DNA of 64,000 nucleotides from Alphaproteobacteria bacterium (lineage in GTDB: Bacteria; Pseudomonadota; Alphaproteobacteria; SMXP01), in the NCBI GenBank assembly GCA_965214255.1, contig OZ243948.1, positions 516,916-580,915 on the forward strand, written 5' to 3'. Of the stretch, positions 10,236 to 20,610 are shown piece by piece (within the stretch, counting starts at the first letter, position 1; each line of letters opens with the position of its first letter). A program made the translations under genes and the position numbers. The notes below the pieces were generated by a model. That model made no database searches and was not told where the DNA came from. It saw only the letters and a list, made by a program, of their open reading frames with translations.

Positions 10236-11543
10236 TCACCTTTTGGATAGAGGCACGTACGCCCGCTGCTTCTCCCCGGTGTATATTTGTCTCGGGCGTC
10301 CGATTCGCTGATTGGGATCCTCGATCATTTCCTCCCATTGCGCTATCCAACCGACGGTTCGTGACAGTGCAAAAACAACGGTAAACATAGTTGTGGGAAA
10401 ACCCAATGCCTTCAGAGTAATCCCGGAGTAGAAGTCGATATTGGGATAGAGCTTTTTCTCGATGAAATACTCGTCTTTGAGCGCAATTTTTTCCAATTCC
10501 ATGGCGACTTCCAAAAGTGGGTCATCCTTTATGCCCAATTCTTCGAGGACTTCGTGACATGTTTGCTGCATTACCCGTGCTCTCGGGTCATAGTTTTTAT
10601 AGACCCGGTGGCCGAATCCCATGAGTCGGAAGGGATCGTCTTTATCCTTGGCACGGTTCACGAATTCGGGAATTCGATCAATACTGCCGATTTCTTTGAG
10701 CATATTCAGTGCGGCCTCGTTGGCACCACCATGAGCAGGTCCCCATAAGCAGGCAATGCCGGCAGCAATGCAAGCAAACGGATTGGCGCCCGATGAACCG
10801 GCCAAACGGACTGTTGACGTCGAAGCGTTTTGTTCATGATCGGCATGCAAAATGAATATGCGGTCCATTGCACGGGCTAGAATGCGGCTAGTTCTATAAT
10901 TTTCCGCGGGTACACCGAAGCACATGTTCAAGAAGTTCTCTGCATAGTCCAGGTTGTTTCTCGGATAAATAAAGGGTTGGCCAATTGAATATTTGAATGC
11001 CATCGCGGCGATTGTTGGCATCTTGGCAATCATTCGTCTGCATGCAATCATGCGCTGGCGCGAGTCTGAAATATCCGTTGAGTCGTGATAGAAGGCTGAT
11101 AAGGCCCCAACTACGCCAACCATAATGGCCATCGGATGCGCGTCACGTCGAAAACCTTTAAAGAAATTCGTCAATTGTTCGTGGACCATCGTGTGATGCG
11201 TGATGGCCTTTTCAAATTCTTCCATTTGTTGTGCGTTGGGCAACTGTCCGTAAAGGAGCAAATAGCACGTCTCTAGAAAGCTTCCCTGTTCGGCCAGTTC
11301 ATCAATAGGATATCCTCGATAAAGCAACACGCCGGCTTCGCCGTCGATAAACGTAATTGTGGATTCGCAGCTTGCCGTTGAAGTGAAGCCAGGGTCATAG
11401 GTGAAAGCGCCTGTTTCAGAGTACAATTTACGCACGTCAACGACGTCCGGCCCGAGGTTTCCTTGGAGAACGGGAAGTTTGATCTCCCTATCATCCAAAG
11501 TCAGTTTTGCGTTGCCGTCAAACGTTTTAGCTTTAACTGCCAT
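10236..11543 (-). CDS. gltA: Citrate synthase
   Basis: 435 aa containing '[14 protein letters not shown]' and other citrate synthase signature regions. Confidence 0.95.
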   Translation of the reverse strand: MAVKAKTFDGNAKLTLDDREIKLPVLQGNLGPDVVDVRKLYSETGAFTYDPGFTSTASCESTITFIDGEAGVLLYRGYPIDELAEQGSFLETCYLLLYGQLPNAQQMEEFEKAITHHTMVHEQLTNFFKGFRRDAHPMAIMVGVVGALSAFYHDSTDISDSRQRMIACRRMIAKMPTIAAMAFKYSIGQPFIYPRNNLDYAENFLNMCFGVPAENYRTSRILARAMDRIFILHADHEQNASTSTVRLAGSSGANPFACIAAGIACLWGPAHGGANEAALNMLKEIGSIDRIPEFVNRAKDKDDPFRLMGFGHRVYKNYDPRARVMQQTCHEVLEELGIKDDPLLEVAMELEKIALKDEYFIEKKLYPNIDFYSGITLKALGFPTTMFTVVFALSRTVGWIAQWEEMIEDPNQRIGRPRQIYTGEKQRAYVPLSKR

Positions 11544-11607
11544 GTGTCTTTAACTCCATCATAGTTATTTAGAATGGCAGACCGGAAAAGGTTGATGATC
11601 AAACTGC

Positions 11608-13026
11608 TCACGTCTCTGTCGAGGTTTGATCGCCAATCCGCCTCAGGGATTCATCCCTACCGAGTGCTGTCAAAACCTCAAATATGCCGGGAGACCGTTG
11701 ACCGCCAGTCAGCACAGCACGAAGGGGCTGCGCCACCTTGCCAAATTTGAGTTCTCGTTCGTCGGCAAATGCGCGAATCCGGGTTTCCAATGCCTCGACC
11801 GACCAAATATTCATTACCGCTAATTCTCGCTGGAGGTCTGTAAGCAAAATTTTTGTTTCGTTATCGAGAAGCTTTTTAGCGCTTTCTGTTAATTTGAGGG
11901 GCCTTTTACGAATTAGGAATTCGCTGTCCCTGATGATATCCTTCAGCGTTTTAGCACGCTCTTTCAGCTTTGGCATTAACCTGACCAAATGATCCCAAAC
12001 GGTTTTATCAATTTCATGACTTTGCTCCGTCAGGACTCTTGCGATGTGTGTCGCCAAATTCTCGTTCGGCGTTTTACGCAAATAGTGGCCGTTCAGATAA
12101 TTTAATTTGTCAATGTCGAATTTTGCCGGAGATTTTCCGATACCGTCTAGATCGAACCATCCAATGGCTTGGGCCGTGTCGATGATCTCATCATCACCAT
12201 GTGACCAGCCCAGACGTAAAAGATAATTTCTAATCGCTTCCGGCAGGTATCCCATATCGCGATAAGCCTCAATCGCGAGCGCCCCGTGACGCTTGGACAA
12301 CTTGGAGTTGTCGGGGCCATGTATGAGTGGAATATGAGCAAACGTTGGCGTGGTCCAGTGAAGTGCATCATAGATCTGTTTTTGTCGTATTGTATTAGTC
12401 AGGTGATCAACACCTCGGATGACATGAGTGATGCCCATATCATGATCGTCAACAATGACTGACAGCATATAGGTTGGCGACCCATTACTGCGCATGATGA
12501 TCAAATCATCCATTTGACGGTTATCGACTTTGATTCTGCCTTGAATCTCATCATGAATGATAGTTGTGCCTTCGTGGTTTGCCCGAAAGCGAATCGTTGG
12601 TTTGACATCGGGAGGTGCATCTGCAGGATCACGATCACGCCACGTACCATCATAGGTAATGGGTCGACCTGCCGCGCGCGCCTTTACCCTCATCTCTTCA
12701 AGTTCCTCAGGCGTGCAATAACAGGGATATGCTTTTCCTTGTTCAAGAAGTTGTTGTGCGATCTGGATATGACGGTCTAATCGTCGAGACTGATGGATTA
12801 CATCGCCATCCCAATTCAGTTCCAGCCAATTCAAGCCGTCCAAAATCGCCGCCTTCGCTTCGTCTGTTGATCGCTCGCGATCCGTATCCTCAATGCGAAG
12901 AAAAAATTGCCCCTCGAAATGTCGGGCATAGAGCCAGTTGAAAAGAGCTGTGCGCGCCGATCCAATATGTAGCATTCCGGTCGGCGAGGGGGCAAAACGC
13001 GTAATGGGCGCTAGTGCTGGCGACAT
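11608..13026 (-). CDS. gltX: Glutamyl-tRNA synthetase
   Basis: Class I HIGH motif 'RFAPSPTGMLHIGSARTALFNW' and KMSKS-like 'KLSKRHG', 472 aa. Confidence 0.95.
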   Translation of the reverse strand: MSPALAPITRFAPSPTGMLHIGSARTALFNWLYARHFEGQFFLRIEDTDRERSTDEAKAAILDGLNWLELNWDGDVIHQSRRLDRHIQIAQQLLEQGKAYPCYCTPEELEEMRVKARAAGRPITYDGTWRDRDPADAPPDVKPTIRFRANHEGTTIIHDEIQGRIKVDNRQMDDLIIMRSNGSPTYMLSVIVDDHDMGITHVIRGVDHLTNTIRQKQIYDALHWTTPTFAHIPLIHGPDNSKLSKRHGALAIEAYRDMGYLPEAIRNYLLRLGWSHGDDEIIDTAQAIGWFDLDGIGKSPAKFDIDKLNYLNGHYLRKTPNENLATHIARVLTEQSHEIDKTVWDHLVRLMPKLKERAKTLKDIIRDSEFLIRKRPLKLTESAKKLLDNETKILLTDLQRELAVMNIWSVEALETRIRAFADERELKFGKVAQPLRAVLTGGQRSPGIFEVLTALGRDESLRRIGDQTSTET

Positions 13027-13146
13027 GAACGGTGCTGAGAGTATGATGATGGCAAACTGTTAGGGCAAACCCAAAATATGGCGATCTTTTTAACATATAG
13101 AATTGCAGAACGCTAAGACGAGGGCTTCAAGTTTGGATCTGGGAAG

Positions 13147-15408
13147 GTGGCGACATTTCACGACGAGAGTTTTCGGTCGATCTGGACGCAGGCTCGCTTG
13201 ATCGGAGTTCATGCTCTCGTCATCGGAGTGCGATGTGCGAAGTGCATTGGCGTTTTTGTTCGGTCTTGCTTTTGGGGCGATCAAGATCGCTGGATTCTTT
13301 GGTTCCCTGTCGCGTTGGGTATCGGCATCGCATGCTACTTTGCACTCCCCTGGGAGCCTGAATTTCTCCACGGTGTTGTCGCTCTGTCAATTGTATCGAG
13401 TGCCCTGGGTTTAGTACTTGCTCAGCGGTCGAAGTGGGAACCGCGCCGACCTGAAATTGGTTTTGTTGGCGTCATCTTTGGTGTTTTGATCCTTGCAGTG
13501 GTGCTCGGCATGTTTGCCGGTCAAATTCGCACCCGGATCGTGAAGGCTCCGGTCATTGAGCGTGAGATCGGTCCCCTTGAACTTGAAGGTCTTATCGAAA
13601 AAGCCGCCCGACAGCCGCAGGGAAGCTGGCAACTGATCATAGCGCCGCAAGCAATTGGAAATAGTCAAGTCGAAGAGCTTCCGGCACTTGTGCGGGTTAC
13701 AGTTCGCCACTTACTTGATGGTGTGGCACCGGGCATGAATTATCGCTCGCGCGTCATGCTCATGCCACCTCCTGGTCCTGTTGCGCCAGGCGAATTTGAT
13801 TTTGCGAGACAAGCTTGGTTCAATCGAATTGGCGCGGTCGGGTATTCCCTTAGTCAACCTAACATCGAAATCGCTACGGACTCTTTGGGTTGGCGTCATA
13901 CTGTACAACTGGCTTTGCGAGGCTTCCGCCAAGCCCTCGCCGAACATATTCGATCGCAACTCCCCGGAGCTGAGGGTACTGTTGCAGCCGCTTTGCTAAC
14001 GGGAGATCGTGACGCGATACCTGACGATATAGTCGAGTCGTTACGGGCTTCAGGTTTAGCCCATTTGTTGGCGATCTCGGGCCTTCATATGGCGCTGGTC
14101 GGAGGTCTGGTATTTATCTCGTTCAGGGCTTTGTTGGCGTTGATCGAACCGGTCGCTCTTAAATTTTCAATCAAGAAGTGGGCTGCTGCGGCTGGCTTGG
14201 TTGGGGCCTTCGCCTATCTGTTGATATCGGGCTCATCAATTTCGACGCAGAGAGCCTTTATCATGATCTTGATCATGCTTATCGCCGTTATGTTGGATCG
14301 GCCGGCAATTTCAATGCGTAATGTTGCTGTCGCCGCCACGATCATTTTGTTGGTTACACCCGAAAGCCTTTTGCACGTGAGTTTTCAGATGTCGTTTGCG
14401 GCAGTCGTAGGTCTTGTGAGCGCTTATGAGTGGCAACGAGATCGGCCTAATAGCTCGTCTCGAACAAACTGGATGTGGCACGACGACCCTTCGCTCCTTC
14501 GTTTGTTCATCGGGTACCTATTGGGTCTTATTGCGACGACGGCGATTGCTGAACTTATGATTGGTCCGATCGCGGCTTTTCACTTCAATCGGTTTACGTC
14601 ATTTGGAATCGTTGCGAATCTCGCGGCAATACCTCTCGTCGGATTTTTGATCATGCCGATGGGTTTGTTGGCGCTGTTACTCATGCCCATAGGTCTCGAG
14701 CAACTCGCCTTGACGCCAATGTCATGGGGTATCGAGAGCGTTGTATGGATTGCAGCTGTCGTTTCGTCATGGTCGGTTGCTGAAGTAGCCACGCCCTCAT
14801 GGCCACAAGCTGCTCTTTTGTGGATCGTATGTGGCGTTCTTTGGCTGACTCTGTGGCGGCAGTCATGGAGATATGCCGGCTTAGCTCTCATTGTCATCGG
14901 TGTGGGCGTGGCTGTTTCGCACAAACGTCCAGACGTTCTCATAGATCGGCAGGGTGCCAATATCGCCGTGCGCTCATCAGATGGAACGCTGTTGGCATTG
15001 TCAGATCATGAAGCGCGTTTTGCCTTATCGAAATGGCTTGAAAGTGAAGGACGGCCAAATGTTGAGGATCACGCTCATGCAAGGTCCCGGTTGTACAAAT
15101 GCGATGAATTGGGGTGCGTCACGACGGATCCGGAACTGCCCCTTGTTGCTTTCGTTACTGATCCAAGAGCTTTTTATGACGATTGTGAACATTCCGACTT
15201 GATTATTGCAAAGGTACCCCTTCCTCGATCGCTCGAACATGTTTGCCGGCGACATGTTATCGTTGTCGACCGGTTTGATTTGTGGAGAGAGGGCTCTCAC
15301 GCAGTCTGGTTTGAAAAGGAGGGATTTCGGGTTGAAAGTGCGGCAATGAGACGAGGTCGGAGACCTTGGTCTGGGAACTCTGCCTACCGGAAACGTGAAA
15401 ATCCCTAA
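13147..15408 (+). CDS. comEC: ComEC/Rec2-family DNA internalization channel protein
   Basis: 753 aa polytopic membrane protein with a DUF4131-like N-terminus and the competence-domain motif 'LLTGDRDAIPDDIVESLRASGLAHLLAISGLHM'. Confidence 0.8.
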   Translation: MATFHDESFRSIWTQARLIGVHALVIGVRCAKCIGVFVRSCFWGDQDRWILWFPVALGIGIACYFALPWEPEFLHGVVALSIVSSALGLVLAQRSKWEPRRPEIGFVGVIFGVLILAVVLGMFAGQIRTRIVKAPVIEREIGPLELEGLIEKAARQPQGSWQLIIAPQAIGNSQVEELPALVRVTVRHLLDGVAPGMNYRSRVMLMPPPGPVAPGEFDFARQAWFNRIGAVGYSLSQPNIEIATDSLGWRHTVQLALRGFRQALAEHIRSQLPGAEGTVAAALLTGDRDAIPDDIVESLRASGLAHLLAISGLHMALVGGLVFISFRALLALIEPVALKFSIKKWAAAAGLVGAFAYLLISGSSISTQRAFIMILIMLIAVMLDRPAISMRNVAVAATIILLVTPESLLHVSFQMSFAAVVGLVSAYEWQRDRPNSSSRTNWMWHDDPSLLRLFIGYLLGLIATTAIAELMIGPIAAFHFNRFTSFGIVANLAAIPLVGFLIMPMGLLALLLMPIGLEQLALTPMSWGIESVVWIAAVVSSWSVAEVATPSWPQAALLWIVCGVLWLTLWRQSWRYAGLALIVIGVGVAVSHKRPDVLIDRQGANIAVRSSDGTLLALSDHEARFALSKWLESEGRPNVEDHAHARSRLYKCDELGCVTTDPELPLVAFVTDPRAFYDDCEHSDLIIAKVPLPRSLEHVCRRHVIVVDRFDLWREGSHAVWFEKEGFRVESAAMRRGRRPWSGNSAYRKRENP

Positions 15409-15464
15409 CCAACGAATGAATAAATTGTCTTGCGAAGACTACAACTCAATTTCGTGAAGTCACG

Positions 15465-16183
15465 CTAATAACGGCGCAGCAAGCCCACCAATCGTCCTTG
15501 AACCTGTATGCGGTCGGGGCCAAAGATGCGTGTTTCGTAAGTCGGATTTGCAGCTTCCAACGCAATCGTCTCGCCACGTTTACGTAGCCGCTTCAATGTC
15601 GCTTCGTTGTTATCAACGAGGGCAACGACAATATCGCCGTTGTTTGCTGTGTTTCTTCTCTGAATGACAACTATGTCGCCATCTAAAATTCCGGCCTGAA
15701 TCATTGAATCACCCTGGACCTCCAGAGCGAAATGATCACCTGTAGCCATCATTTCAATAGGTACACTCACATTCTGCGTGTCATTCTGAAGCGCTTCGAT
15801 GGGTGTGCCTGCGGCAATCCGGCCAAGTACGGGCACATCGACAGCTTGTTCGTCCGTTGTATTAGTCTCAGGAACTTCGATCTGACGATTGAGCGAACCT
15901 TCGATGACGCTAGGTGAAAAACCTCTCGGACGAGCATGCATGATTGAGCCGCGGCCCGCGGTAGTATTGTCAGGCATCCGCAAAATCTCAAGCGCCCGGG
16001 CCCGATGGGCTAGGCGTTTGATAAATCCGCGTTCTTCAAGAGCGGTAACAAGCCTGTGAATCCCCGACTTCGACTTGAGTTCAAGAGCATCCTTCATTTC
16101 ATCGAAAGATGGCGCCACACCGGATTCACGAATGCGTTCATGAATGAACGTCAATAACTCATGTTGTTTGCGAGTTAACATTC
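15465..16183 (-). CDS. lexA: LexA repressor
   Basis: Winged-helix N-terminus '[29 protein letters not shown]' and C-terminal S24 peptidase ('GDSM', 'GDIVVAL...KRL'). The start was set at the ATG at 16181-16183; the longer track ORF would overlap moeA. Confidence 0.9.
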
Positions 16184-16233
16184 CACGCCTCTCCCCACTC
16201 ATGGCTAGAACAAAATGACAACATTCATGAACT

Positions 16234-16248
16234 GTTCTAGTTTGGTTC
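16234..16248. promoter_or_regulatory. Alphaproteobacterial SOS (LexA) box GTTC-N7-GTTC upstream of lexA. A second imperfect box GAAC-N7-CAAC lies at 16208-16222.
   Basis: Exact match to the GTTC(N7)GTTC direct-repeat consensus used by alphaproteobacterial LexA, 50-65 bp upstream of the lexA start. Autoregulation of lexA is expected. Confidence 0.7.
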
Positions 16249-16321
16249 TCAGTTTCCGTCAAGGCCAAGTTTACTCTATTTATTTGTAATTCACTACGAA
16301 ATGATTCGTTTTCACAACAGT

Positions 16322-17524
16322 CTATAGACGAAGTATATTGACCGATTGACCCTGTTTGGCAGCTGGTGCGTGGGGCGGTCGAACGATCAAACATCCGGCC
16401 GCTGCAAGTAAAGACATGACAGAACTGTCCTGAAGTTTAAACGGCGTCGCAATGAGTTCACCACTTTCGCCATGTTCCAGAGTAGCGCGCATATAATCCT
16501 GCCGCTTGCCATTAGCGCCCACATTTTTGCCAAGTCGCGCCGTTTCGATTGGTGGAATTAGCATTGATTTATTTCGTCCTAACAGCGCTCCGAGTATGGG
16601 CTTCAAAAAAAGCAGTGCACAGACGAGACAGGATACGGGATTTCCCGGCAAGCCCAGTAGGGGAACGCCACCTATCTCACCAAACAGCATCGGTTTGCCT
16701 GGACGCATAGCCACCTTCCAGAATTCAAGGCTCATTCCTTTGTTACCTAAAACATCACGAACTAGATCGTGATTTCCCACGGACGCTCCGCCGATCGTTA
16801 CAAACAAGTCGGTTCCGCGTCCGTTTTCCAAGGCCTGCTTGAGGCTTTGTTCGTTGTCTTTGGCAATACCTAATTGAATGCTTTCGCCGCCCCATTGGCT
16901 TATAAAAGCGCCAAGTGCATAGGGACTTGACGATATGATCTGGTCTTCGGAAGACGGGTCGCCGGGAAAAGTCAATTCATCGCCTGTAGCCAGAACTGAA
17001 ATCCGCGGCTTACGTGTGACCTCCAACCAGGGTACATTCATGGCTGCCGCCAAGCCTATGTCACGTGCGGTGAGCATCTGACCTCTCTTCAAACCAATGT
17101 GACCTTTTAGAAAATCAGTTCCTTTGGAACGGATGTGACGGCCCAGTTCAGCGGCTTTATCGATTCGAACATAACGCCCCTCAAGAACTTCAACGTCCTC
17201 CTGAATAACGATGGCATCCGCCCCCTCCGGAACAGCCGCACCTGTGAAAATTCTGACGGTCTGTCCTTTGTCTACCTTGCCATCGAAATTTGAACCGGCA
17301 GCGGATTCCCCTACCTGCTTGAGAATGGCCGGAACCTTGCTGGCGTCTTTTGCGCGAACGGCATAGCCGTCCATTGCGGACGCATCGAAAGGGGGTTGAT
17401 TACGTTGCGCTACGACATCGGCGGCTAACACCCGTCCCGCACCTTGTGTCAGGCTAACCGTTTCCGGAGGCAGAGCCGTTATGGTCGTCAGTATACGGTC
17501 AAGTGCGTCATCGACGGAGATCAT
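16322..17524 (-). CDS. moeA: Molybdopterin molybdenumtransferase
   Basis: 400 aa MoeA N/C-domain organisation with 'TGDELTFPG' and 'GGASVG' motifs. Confidence 0.9.
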   Translation of the reverse strand: MISVDDALDRILTTITALPPETVSLTQGAGRVLAADVVAQRNQPPFDASAMDGYAVRAKDASKVPAILKQVGESAAGSNFDGKVDKGQTVRIFTGAAVPEGADAIVIQEDVEVLEGRYVRIDKAAELGRHIRSKGTDFLKGHIGLKRGQMLTARDIGLAAAMNVPWLEVTRKPRISVLATGDELTFPGDPSSEDQIISSSPYALGAFISQWGGESIQLGIAKDNEQSLKQALENGRGTDLFVTIGGASVGNHDLVRDVLGNKGMSLEFWKVAMRPGKPMLFGEIGGVPLLGLPGNPVSCLVCALLFLKPILGALLGRNKSMLIPPIETARLGKNVGANGKRQDYMRATLEHGESGELIATPFKLQDSSVMSLLAAAGCLIVRPPHAPAAKQGQSVNILRL

Positions 17525-17536
17525 CGTATCTTCATG

Positions 17537-18022
17537 CTAAGTGTCGGCTGAAAAAACGCCCGATTTACCACCGCTCTTATAAACCAATCTAATATTTTTG
17601 ATCTCCATGTCCCGGTCCACAGCCTTTGCCATGTCATATACTGTAAGAGCAGCGACTGAAACGGCCGTTAGCGCCTCCATTTCAACACCCGTTTTGCCTG
17701 TTACTTTCACGACCGCCTTGATATTGACGCTATTTGAGTGCTGATCGGGAACCAAGTCGACATTGATTCCAGATATGGGAAGCGGGTGACATAAAGGGAT
17801 CAATTGCGACGTTTTCTTTGCCGCCATGATTCCGGCCAGTTTTGCTACGCCGAGAATATCGCCCTTTTTAAGCCCATCCTTGACAACAAGCCCAAGAGTA
17901 TCTGGCTTCATGTGGACCGAGCCTTCGGCGACGGCGACCCGCACAGTTTCATTCTTGTCTGTCACGTCGACCATACTCGCTCGTCCCGAAAGATCGATGT
18001 GACTCCATTCCGACATGATCAA
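17537..18022 (-). CDS. moaC: Cyclic pyranopterin monophosphate synthase accessory protein
   Basis: 161 aa, with 'HIDLSGRASMVDVTDK' and 'LIPLCHPL' typical of MoaC. Confidence 0.9.
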   Translation of the reverse strand: MIMSEWSHIDLSGRASMVDVTDKNETVRVAVAEGSVHMKPDTLGLVVKDGLKKGDILGVAKLAGIMAAKKTSQLIPLCHPLPISGINVDLVPDQHSNSVNIKAVVKVTGKTGVEMEALTAVSVAALTVYDMAKAVDRDMEIKNIRLVYKSGGKSGVFSADT

Positions 18023-18835
18023 TCAGCTTTCATTTACTGTTGTGAACGCTTTCAATAGCTCACGGGTCGCAGCCTCGACGTCGGTTTCCCGCATCAGTTT
18101 CTCACCGATCAGAAACGCACCGACCCCGAACGAAAGAAGTATCTCAGCCTCTTTAGCGTTGCTGATCCCACTTTCGGAAATCGTGAACCGATCACCAGGA
18201 ATTAGCGGTGCAAGTTGTTTCGATACATCGAGTTTAGTCTCAAACGTCCTGAGATTACGATTATTTATACCAATCAACGGGCTCGGCAAACGGAGCGCGC
18301 GTTCCAACTCCGTCTCATCATGGATTTCCAAAAGCACATCCATCTGCCACTCTCGGGCGCAACTGTCGAGCTCCGAGGCCTGAGAATCCGTGACCGCAGC
18401 CAGGATAACCAATATGCAGTCGGCTCCTAAATTTCTTGATTCCACAACTTGGTAGGGATCAAACATGAAGTCTTTTCTGAGTATGGGAAGCGACACAACT
18501 CGCCGGACTGCTGTCAAATGAGCGGCTTCTCCCCGAAAGCTTGGGGTATCGGTCAGGACGGAGATACATGTGGCGCCGCCAGTCTGATATCCTATAGCAA
18601 GTGCTTGCGGGTCAAAGTCGGGCCGGATAAGACCTTTGGACGGGCTTGCCCTTTTGATTTCACAAATGAGACCAAAACCACGCTCGTTTTTTGCCGATTT
18701 CAGGGCATCAAAAAAGCCACACGGAGGAGGTGCCTCGCGGGCCAGCGCTTCCATATCGCCGATTGGATGGACTGACTTTTTGGCTGCGATTTCCTTGAGC
18801 TTGTAGGCGGTAATATCGTCCAGAACAGTTGGCAT
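18023..18835 (-). CDS. trpC: Indole-3-glycerol phosphate synthase
   Basis: 270 aa, with 'ICEIKRASPSKG' and 'INNRNLRTFE' motifs. Lies in the trpG-trpD-trpC run. Confidence 0.9.
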   Translation of the reverse strand: MPTVLDDITAYKLKEIAAKKSVHPIGDMEALAREAPPPCGFFDALKSAKNERGFGLICEIKRASPSKGLIRPDFDPQALAIGYQTGGATCISVLTDTPSFRGEAAHLTAVRRVVSLPILRKDFMFDPYQVVESRNLGADCILVILAAVTDSQASELDSCAREWQMDVLLEIHDETELERALRLPSPLIGINNRNLRTFETKLDVSKQLAPLIPGDRFTISESGISNAKEAEILLSFGVGAFLIGEKLMRETDVEAATRELLKAFTTVNES

Positions 18836-18839
18836 ATGG

Positions 18840-19853
18840 TTAATTATTTGTAAGTTCGACCAAGTTGTTCAACACGCTACGTGCGTGGCCACCATCAATT
18901 GCCGCCGCTGCCACTTCCACACCTTCTTCAAGCGATTTCACTTTATCGGCGACAATCAGCGCTGCCGCACTATTGAGAAGTACGATATCGCGATACGGGC
19001 TTTGTTTGCCGTCTAAAAGTTCGTCAATTTTGTGTGCGTTGTAGTCCGCGTCTCCTCCCTTTAGATCATTGAGAGTCGCACGAGATAAACCCGCGTCTTC
19101 CGGACTGACCTCAAACAACTCGATTTTACCTTCCGATAAAGACGCGACATAAGATATCCCTGTTGTGGTAAGTTCGTCCAATCCGTCGGAGCCGTGAACG
19201 ACCCAGACACGCTCGGAGCCGAGTTTTTGCAAAACTTCCGCCATTGGCTTCAGCCACTGTTTGGCGAAGACACCGACGAGTTGTCGGCATGTGCCGGCGG
19301 GGTTTGCAAGCGGTCCGATCAAATTGAATATGGTGCGGGTACCCAGTTCGGCACGAACGGAGCTCACATGTCTCATTGCCGTGTGATGGAACGGCGCCAT
19401 CATGAAGCCCAATCCGGCTTCGGTAATACACTGAGAGATGCGTTCGGCACAAACGTCGAGTTTGACTCCCAATTTCGCCAATACGTCTGCTGATCCGGAT
19501 TTGGATGATTGAGCCTTGTTGCCGTGTTTTGCAACCGGAACACCGCATCCGGCGATGACAAATGCGGTTGCGGTTGAGATGTTCAGCGTCCCCGCCGCAT
19601 CGCCTCCGGTTCCACAAGTATCAATGGCGCCTTCTGGAGCCGATACAGCCACGGCCTTGTCTCTCATAACCCTTACACCGCCACTGATTTCGTCAACCGT
19701 TTCACCTTTAACTCTCAGCGCCATCAGGAATCCGCCCATCTGTCCCGGCGTCACTTTGCCCGACATCATGAGTTCAAATGCCTGTGCCGTTTGCTCATCA
19801 GAAAGGTCATGACCTTCAGCGGCAAGCGCGATCAGATCTTTGAAATCAGTCAT
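18840..19853 (-). CDS. trpD: Anthranilate phosphoribosyltransferase
   Basis: 337 aa, 'DTCGTGGDAAGTLNISTA' glycine-rich PRPP-binding motif. Confidence 0.9.
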   Translation of the reverse strand: MTDFKDLIALAAEGHDLSDEQTAQAFELMMSGKVTPGQMGGFLMALRVKGETVDEISGGVRVMRDKAVAVSAPEGAIDTCGTGGDAAGTLNISTATAFVIAGCGVPVAKHGNKAQSSKSGSADVLAKLGVKLDVCAERISQCITEAGLGFMMAPFHHTAMRHVSSVRAELGTRTIFNLIGPLANPAGTCRQLVGVFAKQWLKPMAEVLQKLGSERVWVVHGSDGLDELTTTGISYVASLSEGKIELFEVSPEDAGLSRATLNDLKGGDADYNAHKIDELLDGKQSPYRDIVLLNSAAALIVADKVKSLEEGVEVAAAAIDGGHARSVLNNLVELTNN

Positions 19854-19856
19854 GAG

Positions 19857-20438
19857 TTAATTTGGGATCACTTTGGCTCGTACTAAAAAATTCTTCAAAA
19901 TACGATGGCCATACTGAGTTGAGATACTCTCAGGGTGAAACTGTACACCATGGATTTCACGTCTCTCATGCTTGATGGCCATGATGGTTCCATCTTCGGT
20001 GCGTGCGCTGATGTCGAAACAAGCGGGCAGGCTTTTCGGCTCAAGAACGAGCGAATGATATCTTGTGGCCTCGAAGCGGTCCGGAATGCCGCTAAGGATA
20101 CCGGATCCGTCGTGAATGATCGGACTCAATTTTCCGTGCATGAGTTTATCTGCGCACACAACTTTCCCGCCAAAAGCTTGACCGATGGTTTCATGGCCTA
20201 GGCAAACGCCGAGAATGGGTGTTCCGGAGCTTGCTTTTCTCACCAGATCAAGAGAGATGCCTGCTTCGTTCGGCGTGCAAGGTCCGGGTGAGATAACAAT
20301 GGCCCGGAACTTTAGCGAGAGCGCGTCCGCGACTGTAATCTTGTCGTTTCGATAGACCGTACACTCAGCACCCAGCTCGCCCATGAAATGGACCAAATTG
20401 TATGTAAAACTGTCGTAATTATCGATCAATAAAATCAT
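19857..20438 (-). CDS. trpG: Anthranilate synthase component II (class I glutamine amidotransferase)
   Basis: 193 aa, 'GVCLGHE' catalytic Cys and 'GVQFHPES'. Its position between trpE and trpD argues for trpG rather than pabA. Confidence 0.8.
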   Translation of the reverse strand: MILLIDNYDSFTYNLVHFMGELGAECTVYRNDKITVADALSLKFRAIVISPGPCTPNEAGISLDLVRKASSGTPILGVCLGHETIGQAFGGKVVCADKLMHGKLSPIIHDGSGILSGIPDRFEATRYHSLVLEPKSLPACFDISARTEDGTIMAIKHERREIHGVQFHPESISTQYGHRILKNFLVRAKVIPN

Positions 20439-20610
20439 GGCGATGCTTGTAACTCAAGGCAGAGTGAACTTGAGCAATCAAGTTACTCATCCCTAGTCAA
20501 TTTATAATAACGAATCCGAGCGAACACGATAAATTTCGCCTTACAAGTAAGACAAATCACAATTGACTGTGAGGGCAGGTTCAATGTCAAAACCGGTCGC
20601 CACAGACCGG

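Noticed and set aside
10193-10384. 63-aa ORF between lpxB and gltA
   Set aside because: It overlaps the 3' end of gltA on the opposite strand. It is not conserved-looking and has no SD sequence.
16184-16394. N-terminal 71-aa extension of the lexA track ORF (start at 16394)
   Set aside because: The extension would overlap the moeA 3' end and cover the SOS boxes. The conserved LexA N-terminus begins at '[10 protein letters not shown]' (ATG 16181-16183).
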